Assembly: GCA_044229145.1 (NCBI GenBank)
Contig: JBGATO010000010.1
Coordinates: 1-64,000 of the forward strand
Source: Candidatus Eiseniibacteriota bacterium
GTDB taxonomy: Bacteria > Eisenbacteria > RBG-16-71-46 > CAZEPH01
DNA: 64,000 nucleotides
Reading direction: 5' to 3'
Numbering within the stretch: position 1 is the first letter of the stretch; each line of letters starts with the position of its first letter. A model generated the notes under the pieces. It did not search any database. It was not told the origin of the DNA and saw only the letters and a program-made list of their open reading frames with translations. Made by a program: the position numbers and the translations under genes. Shown piece after piece: positions 22,935 to 30,948 of the stretch.

Positions 22935-24586
22935 CGCGCGCCTGCCCGGCGCGCCGCCGCGCGGTGCCGCAGCGCCAGCACCACGTAGAGCGCCACCAAT
23001 CCGGCGCAGAGGGCCACCGGCCAATCGCCGGCTCGCACGTACGGCGTCGGCGGCAACCGCGCGACGTCTCCGGTCAACACGTCGGCGCGGTGCGCCGGGA
23101 GCCGCGCGCTGACGCGTCCGAGCGGATCGACGATCCACGTGAGGCCGGTGTTGGCGCAGCGCGCGACCCCGCAGCCGGTCTCGATCGCCCGCAACGCCGC
23201 CATCCACGCGTGCTGCTCGGGCGCGGCGGTGCGGCCGAACCACTCGTCGTTGGTCGCCACCACGAGCAGCGCGGCGCCCGCGCGCACCGCGTCGCGTGCC
23301 AGTCCCGGAAAGATCGACTCGAAGCAAATGAGGCCGCTGCTGGCGATCCAGCCGTTCGTCGACGGCGAGAACACCGTCACCTCGCGGCCGGGCCAGAAGT
23401 TGCCCTGCCCGAGGTCGATCGACCGCAAGAATGGAAAGCGCGTGCTGCCCGGGATCGCCTCGCCGAAGGGCACGAGGTGGCGTTTCGAGTAGCGCGCGAC
23501 GATCCCGTGTCCGGGTTCGATCAAGCCGAGGGTGTTGTAGAAGGCGACATCGCCACCTGGCTGGTAGACGGCCTCGGGGTAGCCGACCAGGAGCGGCACC
23601 CGCACGTCGTCGGCGAGCAATTCGACGCGATGGCGATCCGCGGGCTGGAGGTTGAGGTAGGTTGGAGCCGCGGTCTCCGGCCAGACGATGAGGTCGGGGC
23701 GCCGCGCTGCCGCCACGTGCGTGAGTGAGTCGTACACCGCCAGGGTCGAGTCCTTGAGCGCCGGATTCCACTTGTCCGCCGCCTGGATGTTGCCTTGCAC
23801 CAGCGCGACGCGGCCGAGCCGCTGCGGCCGCGCGTGCTCGATCCGCGCGTGCCCCCACCACCACGGCACCAGCAACGCCCACCCGACGAAGCTGGCGCGC
23901 ACCACGCGCCCGCGCCATGCCGGGCACAACATCACCGAAGCGACCAGGCCGTTCACTGCCAGCACCCACAGCGTCAGACCCCACAGACCGCCAAGAGCCG
24001 CCCCTTGCGCCCACGAGGCGTGCGGCGCCAGCGCGTAGCCGATCGACCCCCACGGAAAGCCCATCGTCCCCGACCCGCGGAGATAATCGACGAGCGTGAA
24101 CACCGGTGGCAGCACCACGAGCAGCGGCCAATCGAGCCAGCGTAAGAGCCACACCGCGGCCATGCACGCCAGCCCGAGAATGGCACCGAGGTACAGCGCC
24201 ACCACGAGGTACGCCGGCACCAACAGATACGGCACCGTGGTTTGCGCGGCGGGAAGCTGTGTGATCCACGAGAACTCGAGCAAGCTGGTGGTGGCGCCGC
24301 AGACGAGCCCGAGACGGAACGCGCGTGCCACCTGCGGCGGCGGCAGCGTCGCCGCGTCGAGCGAGCGCACCTTGGGACGCGCCGCCCGCGGATGCAGCGC
24401 CCAGAAGAGCGGCACCCACGCGACGAACGGCAGGCCGGGCACCGCGGCGGGCGGAAAACACGCGGCCACCGCCGCGCCGCTCAGCACCGCCGCGAGGTAC
24501 GGCAGCCACGGCGCGACCGCCGGGTGCTTACGCGAGGCGAACCTCCTTGCCGGTGTCGGCAGACTTGTAGAGCGCGTCGACCACAC
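22931..24586 (-). CDS. lnt: Apolipoprotein N-acyltransferase; start uncertain, possibly about 24490-24530
   Basis: GFPWGSIGY, VQGNI, VWPETA, KRHLVPFGE, ICFESIF, TNDEWFG, RAIETG...ANTG. Confidence 0.92.
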   Translation of the reverse strand: MWSTRSTSLPTPARRFASRKHPAVAPWLPYLAAVLSGAAVAACFPPAAVPGLPFVAWVPLFWALHPRAARPKVRSLDAATLPPPQVARAFRLGLVCGATTSLLEFSWITQLPAAQTTVPYLLVPAYLVVALYLGAILGLACMAAVWLLRWLDWPLLVVLPPVFTLVDYLRGSGTMGFPWGSIGYALAPHASWAQGAALGGLWGLTLWVLAVNGLVASVMLCPAWRGRVVRASFVGWALLVPWWWGHARIEHARPQRLGRVALVQGNIQAADKWNPALKDSTLAVYDSLTHVAAARRPDLIVWPETAAPTYLNLQPADRHRVELLADDVRVPLLVGYPEAVYQPGGDVAFYNTLGLIEPGHGIVARYSKRHLVPFGEAIPGSTRFPFLRSIDLGQGNFWPGREVTVFSPSTNGWIASSGLICFESIFPGLARDAVRAGAALLVVATNDEWFGRTAAPEQHAWMAALRAIETGCGVARCANTGLTWIVDPLGRVSARLPAHRADVLTGDVARLPPTPYVRAGDWPVALCAGLVALYVVLALRHRAAARRAGAR

Positions 24587-25553
24587 GCATCAAGGTCAAC
24601 GCTTCTTCCGCCGGACTGGCGGGCGCCACGCCCCGGCGCACGCAGTCGACGAAGTGTTCGATCTCCAGTTCGTACGACATCTTGTACTGGCTGCGCTCGG
24701 CGGCGAGCGTCGGGGTCACGTTCACCAAGTTGCCGTGCAGCGACTTCAACACGCGCAGCGGATTGAACACCGCCGTGCCCTTGGTTCCGAAGAGGTTGAC
24801 GAAGGCGAAGTCCTTGTCCTGCAGCAGTCCCCACGAGACGTCGAGCGTGATGGTGGCGCCGGTGTCGAGGCGCACGAAGCCGACCGCGCTGTCCTCCGGC
24901 TTGCCCTTCTCGCTCGCGTGCATCGAGGCCGAGACACTGACCACACTGCCACCGGTGAGCCACAAAGCGAGGTCGAGCATCTGCAATCCAAGGTCGAGCA
25001 GCACGCCGCGGCGGCCGGCGACGCCGTCGGCGCCGCTCGCCGCCTGCGCGCCGCTCTTCCAACTCTCGCGGCCGCGCAAGTAGCCGGCCTTCGCGAAGTA
25101 GACCTGACCGATCTCTTTCTTCTGGATGAACTGCGACAGCGTTTGCGCGTCGGGACGGAAGCGGTGATTCATCGCCACCATCGCGATGCGATCGGCCTTC
25201 GCGGCCGCTGCGACGATCGCTTCCGCTTCGCTCGTCTTTGCCACGAACGGGCGCTCGATGAGCACGTGCTTGCCGTACGACAGCGCGGCCTGCGCCATCG
25301 CGCCGTGGAGATGCGTCGGCGCGCAGATGTCGATGGCATCGAGATCGAGGTGCTCGGCGCGCAACAAGTCCTGGAAGTCCTCGAAGACTTCGGGGATGCC
25401 GAACTTCTGCGACACCGCGCGGCGGCGCGCCACGTCGGGCTCGCACACCGCGACCAGTTCGACGTCCTTCAGCTTGCGGAACGCCGGGATGTGATTGACC
25501 TGTGCCGCGGCGCCCGCGCCGACGATGGCCAGCCGAACCGTCTTCTTCGCCAT
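24528..25553 (-). CDS. Gfo/Idh/MocA-family oxidoreductase
   Basis: IVGAGAAAQVNH Rossmann motif, KHVLIERP, NHRFRP, GVLLDLG. Confidence 0.9.
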   Translation of the reverse strand: MAKKTVRLAIVGAGAAAQVNHIPAFRKLKDVELVAVCEPDVARRRAVSQKFGIPEVFEDFQDLLRAEHLDLDAIDICAPTHLHGAMAQAALSYGKHVLIERPFVAKTSEAEAIVAAAAKADRIAMVAMNHRFRPDAQTLSQFIQKKEIGQVYFAKAGYLRGRESWKSGAQAASGADGVAGRRGVLLDLGLQMLDLALWLTGGSVVSVSASMHASEKGKPEDSAVGFVRLDTGATITLDVSWGLLQDKDFAFVNLFGTKGTAVFNPLRVLKSLHGNLVNVTPTLAAERSQYKMSYELEIEHFVDCVRRGVAPASPAEEALTLMRVVDALYKSADTGKEVRLA

Positions 25554-25601
25554 GCCCTCTCCGTGGTGTCGTGGCGAACGCCGCGCGCGTTCGCCGGATT
25601 G

Positions 25602-26657
25602 CTACACGAGCACGACCTCGCCGGTACCCGTGGTGACGTCGCCGCAGATCCACGCCTCGCAGCCGGCGGCGTGAAGCGTGGCGCACGCGGCCTCCGCATG
25701 TGCGCCGTCCACCAGTGCGATCATGCCGATGCCCATGTTGAACGTGCGGAACATCTCGCCGTCGGGCACCTGCCCCATCGCCGCGATGGTTTGGAACACC
25801 GGCAGCGGCGTCCACGAATCGCGGCGCACGCGCACCGCGGTGCCCGGCGGCAGGACACGCGGCACGTTATCGAGCAGGCCGCCACCGGTGATGTGCGCGA
25901 GTGCTTTCACCGGATGCGCCGACCACAGCGCGCGCAGCGGCGCGAGGTAGAGCGGGTGCGGCGCGAGCAGCACATCGACGGGATCGGCGCCGAGCCGCTG
26001 CGTGGCGTCGGTGCGTGCGGCCTCGTCGGCCAGCAACACGCGGCGCGCCAGGCTGAAGCCATTGGTGTGCAGGCCGATCGCCGGCAATGCCAGCACCGCG
26101 TCGCCCGGCATCACGCCGATGCCGCGGATGATGCGGTCCTCCTCGACGATGCCGGTGATGGCGCCGGCGAGATCGAAGTCGCTGCCTTGGTACAGGCCCG
26201 GCATCTCCGCCGTTTCGCCGCCGATCAACGCGCAGCCGCTTTCGATGCAGGCGCGGCTCAGTCCGCGCGCCACCGCTTCGAGCGTGAGCGGATCGAGCCG
26301 GCCTTGGGCGTAGTAGTCGAGGAAGGTGAGCGGCTCGGCTCCGTGCACGGCGATATCGTTGACGCAGTGCGCGACGAGGTCGTAGCCAATGCCCTCCCAC
26401 CGCGCCGGCGTGTCGGCGAGCGCGAGTTTGGTGCCGACACCGTCTATGCTGTTGACGAGCACCGGGCGCCGATACCGCTCGATCGGCAGGCGGTAGAACC
26501 CGGCGAACAGCCCCAGTCCGGTGAGCACGGCCGGCGAATGCGTCGCGGCGGCGAGCGGCTTCAGACGACGCAGTCCGTCGGTGGCGCGGTCGATGTCCAC
26601 GCCGGCGGCCGCGTAACTCGAGGCGGGCGCCGCGTTGACGGAAGGGTCAGCGGTCAT
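25602..26657 (-). CDS. purM: Phosphoribosylformylglycinamidine cyclo-ligase
   Basis: YAAAGVDI, DGVGTK, CVNDI, GGETAEMPG, HTNGFSL, HITGGG, RTFNMGIG. Confidence 0.96.
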   Translation of the reverse strand: MTADPSVNAAPASSYAAAGVDIDRATDGLRRLKPLAAATHSPAVLTGLGLFAGFYRLPIERYRRPVLVNSIDGVGTKLALADTPARWEGIGYDLVAHCVNDIAVHGAEPLTFLDYYAQGRLDPLTLEAVARGLSRACIESGCALIGGETAEMPGLYQGSDFDLAGAITGIVEEDRIIRGIGVMPGDAVLALPAIGLHTNGFSLARRVLLADEAARTDATQRLGADPVDVLLAPHPLYLAPLRALWSAHPVKALAHITGGGLLDNVPRVLPPGTAVRVRRDSWTPLPVFQTIAAMGQVPDGEMFRTFNMGIGMIALVDGAHAEAACATLHAAGCEAWICGDVTTGTGEVVLV

Positions 26658-26729
26658 GCGCGGGAAGGTACTCGCTCCGCTCGCAGCCGGGAAGCCCCGC
26701 ACCGCGGGTCCGCGGGAGACGACGCCCGA

Positions 26730-28085
26730 TTACGAGGCGACGCTGTCGGCGAGCGGCTCCTCGGCCGGCACCTGTTGCACCGGCGTGTAGAGCACCTGGA
26801 AGGTGCCGGAAGCGATCAACGAGCGCAGCGCCCCCACCACTTGCGGGTCGAACTGGGTGCCGCTGTATTTGTCGAGTTCGGACAGCGCTTTCTCCGCGGT
26901 CAAGGCGGCGCGGTACGGCCGGTCCGAGGTCATCGCGTCGAACGTGTCGGCCACCAGGACGATTCGGGCGCCGAGCGGAATCTGGTCGCCGCGGAGTCCC
27001 TGCGGATAGCCCTTGCCGTCCATGCGCTCGTGGTGCGACCGCACCACCTCCGACGCCTTCGACAGGGTCCGGACGCTGGCGACGATGTCGGCGCCGGTGC
27101 CCGGGTGCGCGTCCATGCGGCGGCGTTCGTCCGGGGTCAGGCGGCCGGTCTTCTGCAAGAGGCCGCGGAGGTCGCCGCGCACCTTGCCGAGGTCGTGCAG
27201 CAATCCGCCGAACTCGATCACCTCGATCTCGCGCTCGTTGAGTCCCATGCCGCGCGCGATCTGTACCGCGTACTGCGAGACCCGCAGACTGTGGTTCCGG
27301 GTGTACGGGTCGACTTCTTCGATGATGCTGGTGAGCGCCCGCACGAAGTCGCCGAGGTCCTTGCGAATCTCTCCGTACAGCTGGAAGTAGTACCAGAACA
27401 AGATCAGCGGCAGGACGCCCAGCAACGCCCCGACCAGTCCGGCGCTCTGGCACACTTCGGCGATCAGCAATCCGGTGCTCAGCGACACCACCGGGAACAA
27501 CATGCCCTTCTGATAGTTCTTGTGCCAGATCTGCCGCAGCGGTTCGCCGGTGTAGAGCGAGATCACCAAGCTCACCGCAAGTTTGTTCACCAGGATGTAG
27601 ACCACCGCCGCGACCGACATCGCGAGCGTATTGCGCAGGACGGCGGAGGAGATCCAGCCGGTCGCGAGTTCCCACTGCGACAACACGAGGTAGAGGTCAC
27701 CGGCGATCAAGCACATCAACGCGTAGACGCTCGCATTGAACAGGGCTTGCAGGAGCGGGCGGCGCACCGCGCTCTCGTACACGACGGTCGCCGCGAAGTT
27801 GATGCACGCGGTGGGAACCGGGCCGAGGAGGATGATGCCGGCGTAGTCCAGCGCCGCCGACACCATGAAATAGGCACCCTGATCGGTAGGAATGCGCAGG
27901 GCGAGCGACAGCAGGTAGAACGCGGTCCACAGGGCCGCCAGCGGCACGCTGAGCGCAGGCGCGCCGGCCAAGCGGGCGGGCGATAGCCCCCAGGCCAAGT
28001 ACGCGATGCTCAAGCCGACGATGCTGCAGTAATAGACGCGAAACGTCGTCCCACCTGCGCGGAACGACGGACGGACCTGGGGCAT
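26730..28085 (-). CDS. Membrane-anchored HD-GYP cyclic-dinucleotide phosphodiesterase (N-terminal sensor of about 6-7 TM helices)
   Basis: DPYTRNHS, LLHDLGK, HHERMDGKGYPQGL, ADTFDAMTSDRPYR; hydrophobic first ~235 aa; AAGGA SD. Confidence 0.93.
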   Translation of the reverse strand: MPQVRPSFRAGGTTFRVYYCSIVGLSIAYLAWGLSPARLAGAPALSVPLAALWTAFYLLSLALRIPTDQGAYFMVSAALDYAGIILLGPVPTACINFAATVVYESAVRRPLLQALFNASVYALMCLIAGDLYLVLSQWELATGWISSAVLRNTLAMSVAAVVYILVNKLAVSLVISLYTGEPLRQIWHKNYQKGMLFPVVSLSTGLLIAEVCQSAGLVGALLGVLPLILFWYYFQLYGEIRKDLGDFVRALTSIIEEVDPYTRNHSLRVSQYAVQIARGMGLNEREIEVIEFGGLLHDLGKVRGDLRGLLQKTGRLTPDERRRMDAHPGTGADIVASVRTLSKASEVVRSHHERMDGKGYPQGLRGDQIPLGARIVLVADTFDAMTSDRPYRAALTAEKALSELDKYSGTQFDPQVVGALRSLIASGTFQVLYTPVQQVPAEEPLADSVAS

Positions 28086-28161
28086 GAGATGTCCTTGTCG
28101 GATGTGCGTGGTAGGGACGGCACCGGACGAAGGGCTGTGTTACGGTCACGCGTAGTGTGAC

Positions 28162-28236
28162 CTACCCACCCCACCCGTACTTGTCCAGGCTCACGGCACT
28201 CAACAGAGTGGCGAGAAGTGCGTAGACCAGGTCCAT
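28162..28236 (-). CDS. Unannotated 24-aa hydrophobic peptide MDLVYALLATLLSAVSLDKYGWGG
   Basis: ATG at 28236 preceded by GAGGGGG with 7-nt spacing; TAG at 28162; too short for the ORF track; ends 76 nt upstream of the HD-GYP gene. Confidence 0.7.
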   Translation of the reverse strand: MDLVYALLATLLSAVSLDKYGWGG

Positions 28237-28418
28237 AAGCGTACCCCCTCGAAAAGAAGTGCCTCCGACGTACATCTCTCACGAGGAACGGATTCGCTGG
28301 CTTGTCTGGTCGCTTCGCTATTCCCTTCGTGTCCCGGTGCGCGATCCCTTACACGATGCACTGCGCTTCACTGCGTGGTCCGTGCCCCTCCTCGCTAGGT
28401 GGGCCACGGGCGAGGGTA

Positions 28419-28447
28419 ACAATGCCCCCCGTCCGAACCAGCGTCAA
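28419..28447 (-). promoter_or_regulatory. Candidate sigma-70 promoter for the peptide/HD-GYP unit
   Basis: TTGACG-N17-CATTGT; an overlapping alternative extended -10 TGTTACCCT follows immediately. Confidence 0.4.
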
Positions 28448-28489
28448 CCCGGAAAGTGGACCGGATTACTTGCCACCTGTCGCTTCGCG

Positions 28490-28514
28490 CAACATATGGT
28501 GTATCAATATGTTG
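28490..28514. promoter_or_regulatory. AT-rich palindromic operator containing an IHF-consensus site
   Basis: CAACATAT-N9-ATATGTTG perfect inverted repeat; TATCAATATGTTG (28502-28514) matches WATCAANNNNTTR. Confidence 0.55.
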
Positions 28515-28567
28515 GATACGCGCTTCGATTCCGCGCGGCGTGCATGACGACGATGCGACACGCGCCC

Positions 28568-30007
28568 TCACGGAGAATGGAGGACCGGGAACAACGCGGA
28601 ATGCGGCATCTCCCCGAGGTGCCAGGATGGTGCCGGCACGACCTCCGGAGATTCTGCGAGACGCACGGCCGCCCCGACCGCGCGGCCGCGCACATCGACC
28701 CACCGGAGCACCGCAGGCGAGCCGCCCTCCCATACTGCGTAGCGCGCACCCTTCCGCCACACCGTGCGCAATCCGGTCACGTGCGCGACGGCATCCGCAC
28801 GGAGCAGCGCCGGCTCTTTCGGAGTATCGGGAATGCACACGCGAGACCCGGCGATCTGCCAGCGTTCCTCGAGCGCGGAGTCTCGCGAGGTCCAGACAGC
28901 GAGGGCGGCCCGCGTGCCCATCGCGGCAGACTCCCCCGACTGCGCACCCTTGGCCGCCAGCGTGACGACGCCGCCCAGGCCGTCTCCGGTGTCGTCGAGC
29001 CACCGCGCGCGCACGGCAGGCTCGCCCCCGTCCTCGCTTCCCCAGACGCAAAGCACGCTCGTCCCGACGCGGGTGAGCCGCGGTGACAGTTGGTGCTCGA
29101 AGTCCACGGGGTCCAGGAGTCGCGCGGTGCCGAGGCCTCCCTCTGTCCCCCAGCGTCGAGAGACGATGCGGGTGAGGCCGTCACGGCCCTCGGCCCACGC
29201 GCAGACCACGCCGTCGTCCAGCGCGGCCAGCGCGGGCGCACTGCGGCGCGCCATGCGGTCACCTTCCGACAGCTCGCACCCTGGGACCAGCGCGCCCGCC
29301 CCGCGCGCGAGGTACCCCGCCAGAACACGAGACGGCCACTCCCCCGAGATCCAGGCGACTGCGAGACTGTCACCCCGCCACGGCACGAGGGTGGGAGTGC
29401 GGGAGGCTTCCTCCCGGGCGGTCCACTGTGCGGCCGCGGCGCGCGGCTCCCCGCTTGCCGCGCACCATGCGCCGGCGATGGCCGGCGTGTCGTCGTTCCA
29501 GTCGGTCCACAACACGGCGAGCGCATCCTCGTTGGGCGGCGCGTCCGGTAGCCACGCCACGCGCGGCAGGGCCGGAAGGCGCCAGGCATTGGTTTCCGCC
29601 AATGCGTGTGCCGACGGAACACCGTTCCCGTCTTGCACCCACAGCATGAGTACGGCGTTCGCGTCGGTGACACATTCGGCGGCCACGCACACCGATCCTC
29701 CGCGCGCCGCGACGCTCGGCGCGCCAATGGTGGCCGGTCGCGCGCGCGCGACCCATTCTCGCGGTTCCCCGACCGCGACGCCGAGAGTATCGACCTCCTG
29801 GAGCCACAACACCGACGAGTCGGCGCCTGACTCCACCCACGCCACCCAGGCACCACCGTCGCGCGCGCAGGCGCTCACCGATTCCACTGATCGCGCTCCG
29901 CTGGACCATGGCATTGCACCGCACTGCGCCCGCGCCTCAGCCGCGCACAGCAGCGCAATCCATACGCCCACCCATCGCCCCCGCATCGTCCTCCTCCCCA
30001 CCCGCAC
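28568..30007 (-). CDS. Secreted hypothetical protein with beta-propeller-like repeats; start may be 29986
   Basis: Signal peptide ending ARA|Q; repeated hydrophobic-strand-Trp units (WVAWVES, LAVLWTD, LAVAWIS, VCAWAEG, LCVWGSE, LAVWTSR). Confidence 0.6.
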   Translation of the reverse strand: MRVGRRTMRGRWVGVWIALLCAAEARAQCGAMPWSSGARSVESVSACARDGGAWVAWVESGADSSVLWLQEVDTLGVAVGEPREWVARARPATIGAPSVAARGGSVCVAAECVTDANAVLMLWVQDGNGVPSAHALAETNAWRLPALPRVAWLPDAPPNEDALAVLWTDWNDDTPAIAGAWCAASGEPRAAAAQWTAREEASRTPTLVPWRGDSLAVAWISGEWPSRVLAGYLARGAGALVPGCELSEGDRMARRSAPALAALDDGVVCAWAEGRDGLTRIVSRRWGTEGGLGTARLLDPVDFEHQLSPRLTRVGTSVLCVWGSEDGGEPAVRARWLDDTGDGLGGVVTLAAKGAQSGESAAMGTRAALAVWTSRDSALEERWQIAGSRVCIPDTPKEPALLRADAVAHVTGLRTVWRKGARYAVWEGGSPAVLRWVDVRGRAVGAAVRLAESPEVVPAPSWHLGEMPHSALFPVLHSP

Positions 30008-30106
30008 CGGGGAGCCACTCGCAAGCCGAGGGCCGACGGGAGGAAACGCCGATGCCCCCGCCGCGGAGGCGAGGGCATCTCGGTTCTGCGCCGATGTCGA
30101 CAGCGT

Positions 30107-30829
30107 TCAGTCCACGCTGTATTCCGTGTGGTCGCGCGGCGGCAGAGTCCCCAGCACGCGGTTCACCGCGTCGAGGGCCGCGACGGCGGCCGCCTGGTGA
30201 ATATCGCCGCGGTCGAGGGCCGTGCCCACGAGTTCGTGCGCCGAACGCCCCTCGATGACGCGGACGGTCACCAGGGCGACTTGCCCGAGGCTGCTCTCCA
30301 CCTCCCGCACGTCCTCGAGCTCGAACTCGACCCCTGAGTCGATGGCCTGCGCCACGGCGCGCAGCGTCGCTTCGGCGACGATGCGCAGCTTCGCTCCCTG
30401 CCGCAGGGTGCCGGAAGCGGATCCGCGCAAGATTGCGTTGTCCTGACGCAGTTCGACATCCGCCCGCGCACGACCGGTCTGCAGCGACAGCGTCACGCTG
30501 TCGAGCAACGGACGCACGAGGGCAGGCGCCGCCGCAGGACGGAGGTCGAGCACCGAGGGTGTGGTCATCGTCGAACCGGCCTCCGCCAATTGCACGATCG
30601 AGATGCGCCGGTAGTCGATCGGCAGCTCGAGCGACACGTTGAGGGCGGTCACGATATCGCGCACGATGCGGTTGGCCGGCCGCGCCGCGGTGGCCATGAT
30701 ATGCACTTCGGTGATCTCGCTACCGCTGGTGGTCACCCGCACGCCGCGCACATCACGGATGCGGCGGATGACCTCTTCGACCTCGGAGACCCAGCCCGGC
30801 CTCTCGTCGGCGTCTCGTGATTCGCTCAC
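30107..30829 (-). CDS. Hypothetical cytoplasmic protein; C-terminal half resembles the LeuA allosteric/dimerisation fold
   Basis: N-domain EVHI...IVRDI...IDYRRISIVQL; C-domain VAEATLRAV...LVGTA...AAAVAALDAVNR; GGAGG SD. Confidence 0.75.
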   Translation of the reverse strand: MSESRDADERPGWVSEVEEVIRRIRDVRGVRVTTSGSEITEVHIMATAARPANRIVRDIVTALNVSLELPIDYRRISIVQLAEAGSTMTTPSVLDLRPAAAPALVRPLLDSVTLSLQTGRARADVELRQDNAILRGSASGTLRQGAKLRIVAEATLRAVAQAIDSGVEFELEDVREVESSLGQVALVTVRVIEGRSAHELVGTALDRGDIHQAAAVAALDAVNRVLGTLPPRDHTEYSVD

Positions 30830-30860
30830 TGGTGCAACCTCCCGCCCAGAGTGATGCCGC

Positions 30861-30890
30861 AGTCTAGCAAAGGGGTCCGACAGTTCTCAA
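30861..30890 (-). promoter_or_regulatory. Sigma-70 promoter candidate
   Basis: TTGAGA-N18-TAGACT with TG extension, about 30 nt upstream of the GTG at 30829. Confidence 0.6.
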
Positions 30891-30901
30891 TGCATCAGCT
30901 G

Positions 30902-30934
30902 GCGCACGGGATGGTCACCGCGCGATCCGTGCGC
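30902..30934 (-). terminator. Hairpin after pfkB
   Basis: GCGCACGG(G)AT...ATCCGTGCGC stem; no U tract. Confidence 0.35.
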
Positions 30935-30948
30935 GGTCCTCGAGTCGG

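Noticed and set aside
21378..24509. Apparent 1043-aa ecfT-truA fusion and other N-terminally extended ORFs in the track
   Set aside because: Caused by stop-poor GC-rich frames and the indel at about 22296; ATGA/GTGA overlaps mark the real gene boundaries.
28318..28371. Second small ORF VKRSASCKGSRTGTRRE in the peptide leader
   Set aside because: The nearest SD-like GAGGAGG is about 15 nt away and the sequence has no coding-like character.
28250..28410. c-di-GMP riboswitch upstream of the HD-GYP gene
   Set aside because: No GGCAAA..GNRA..GACGCAAAG class I core or other recognisable consensus was seen; an Rfam scan would settle it.
28461..28475. Sigma-54 promoter TGGCAAG-TAAT-CCGG for the peptide gene
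   Set aside because: The -12 GC is missing.
28487..28517. Tandem NrdR boxes
   Set aside because: Both halves resemble the NrdR box, but they are 15 bp apart rather than about 31 and no ribonucleotide reductase gene is adjacent.
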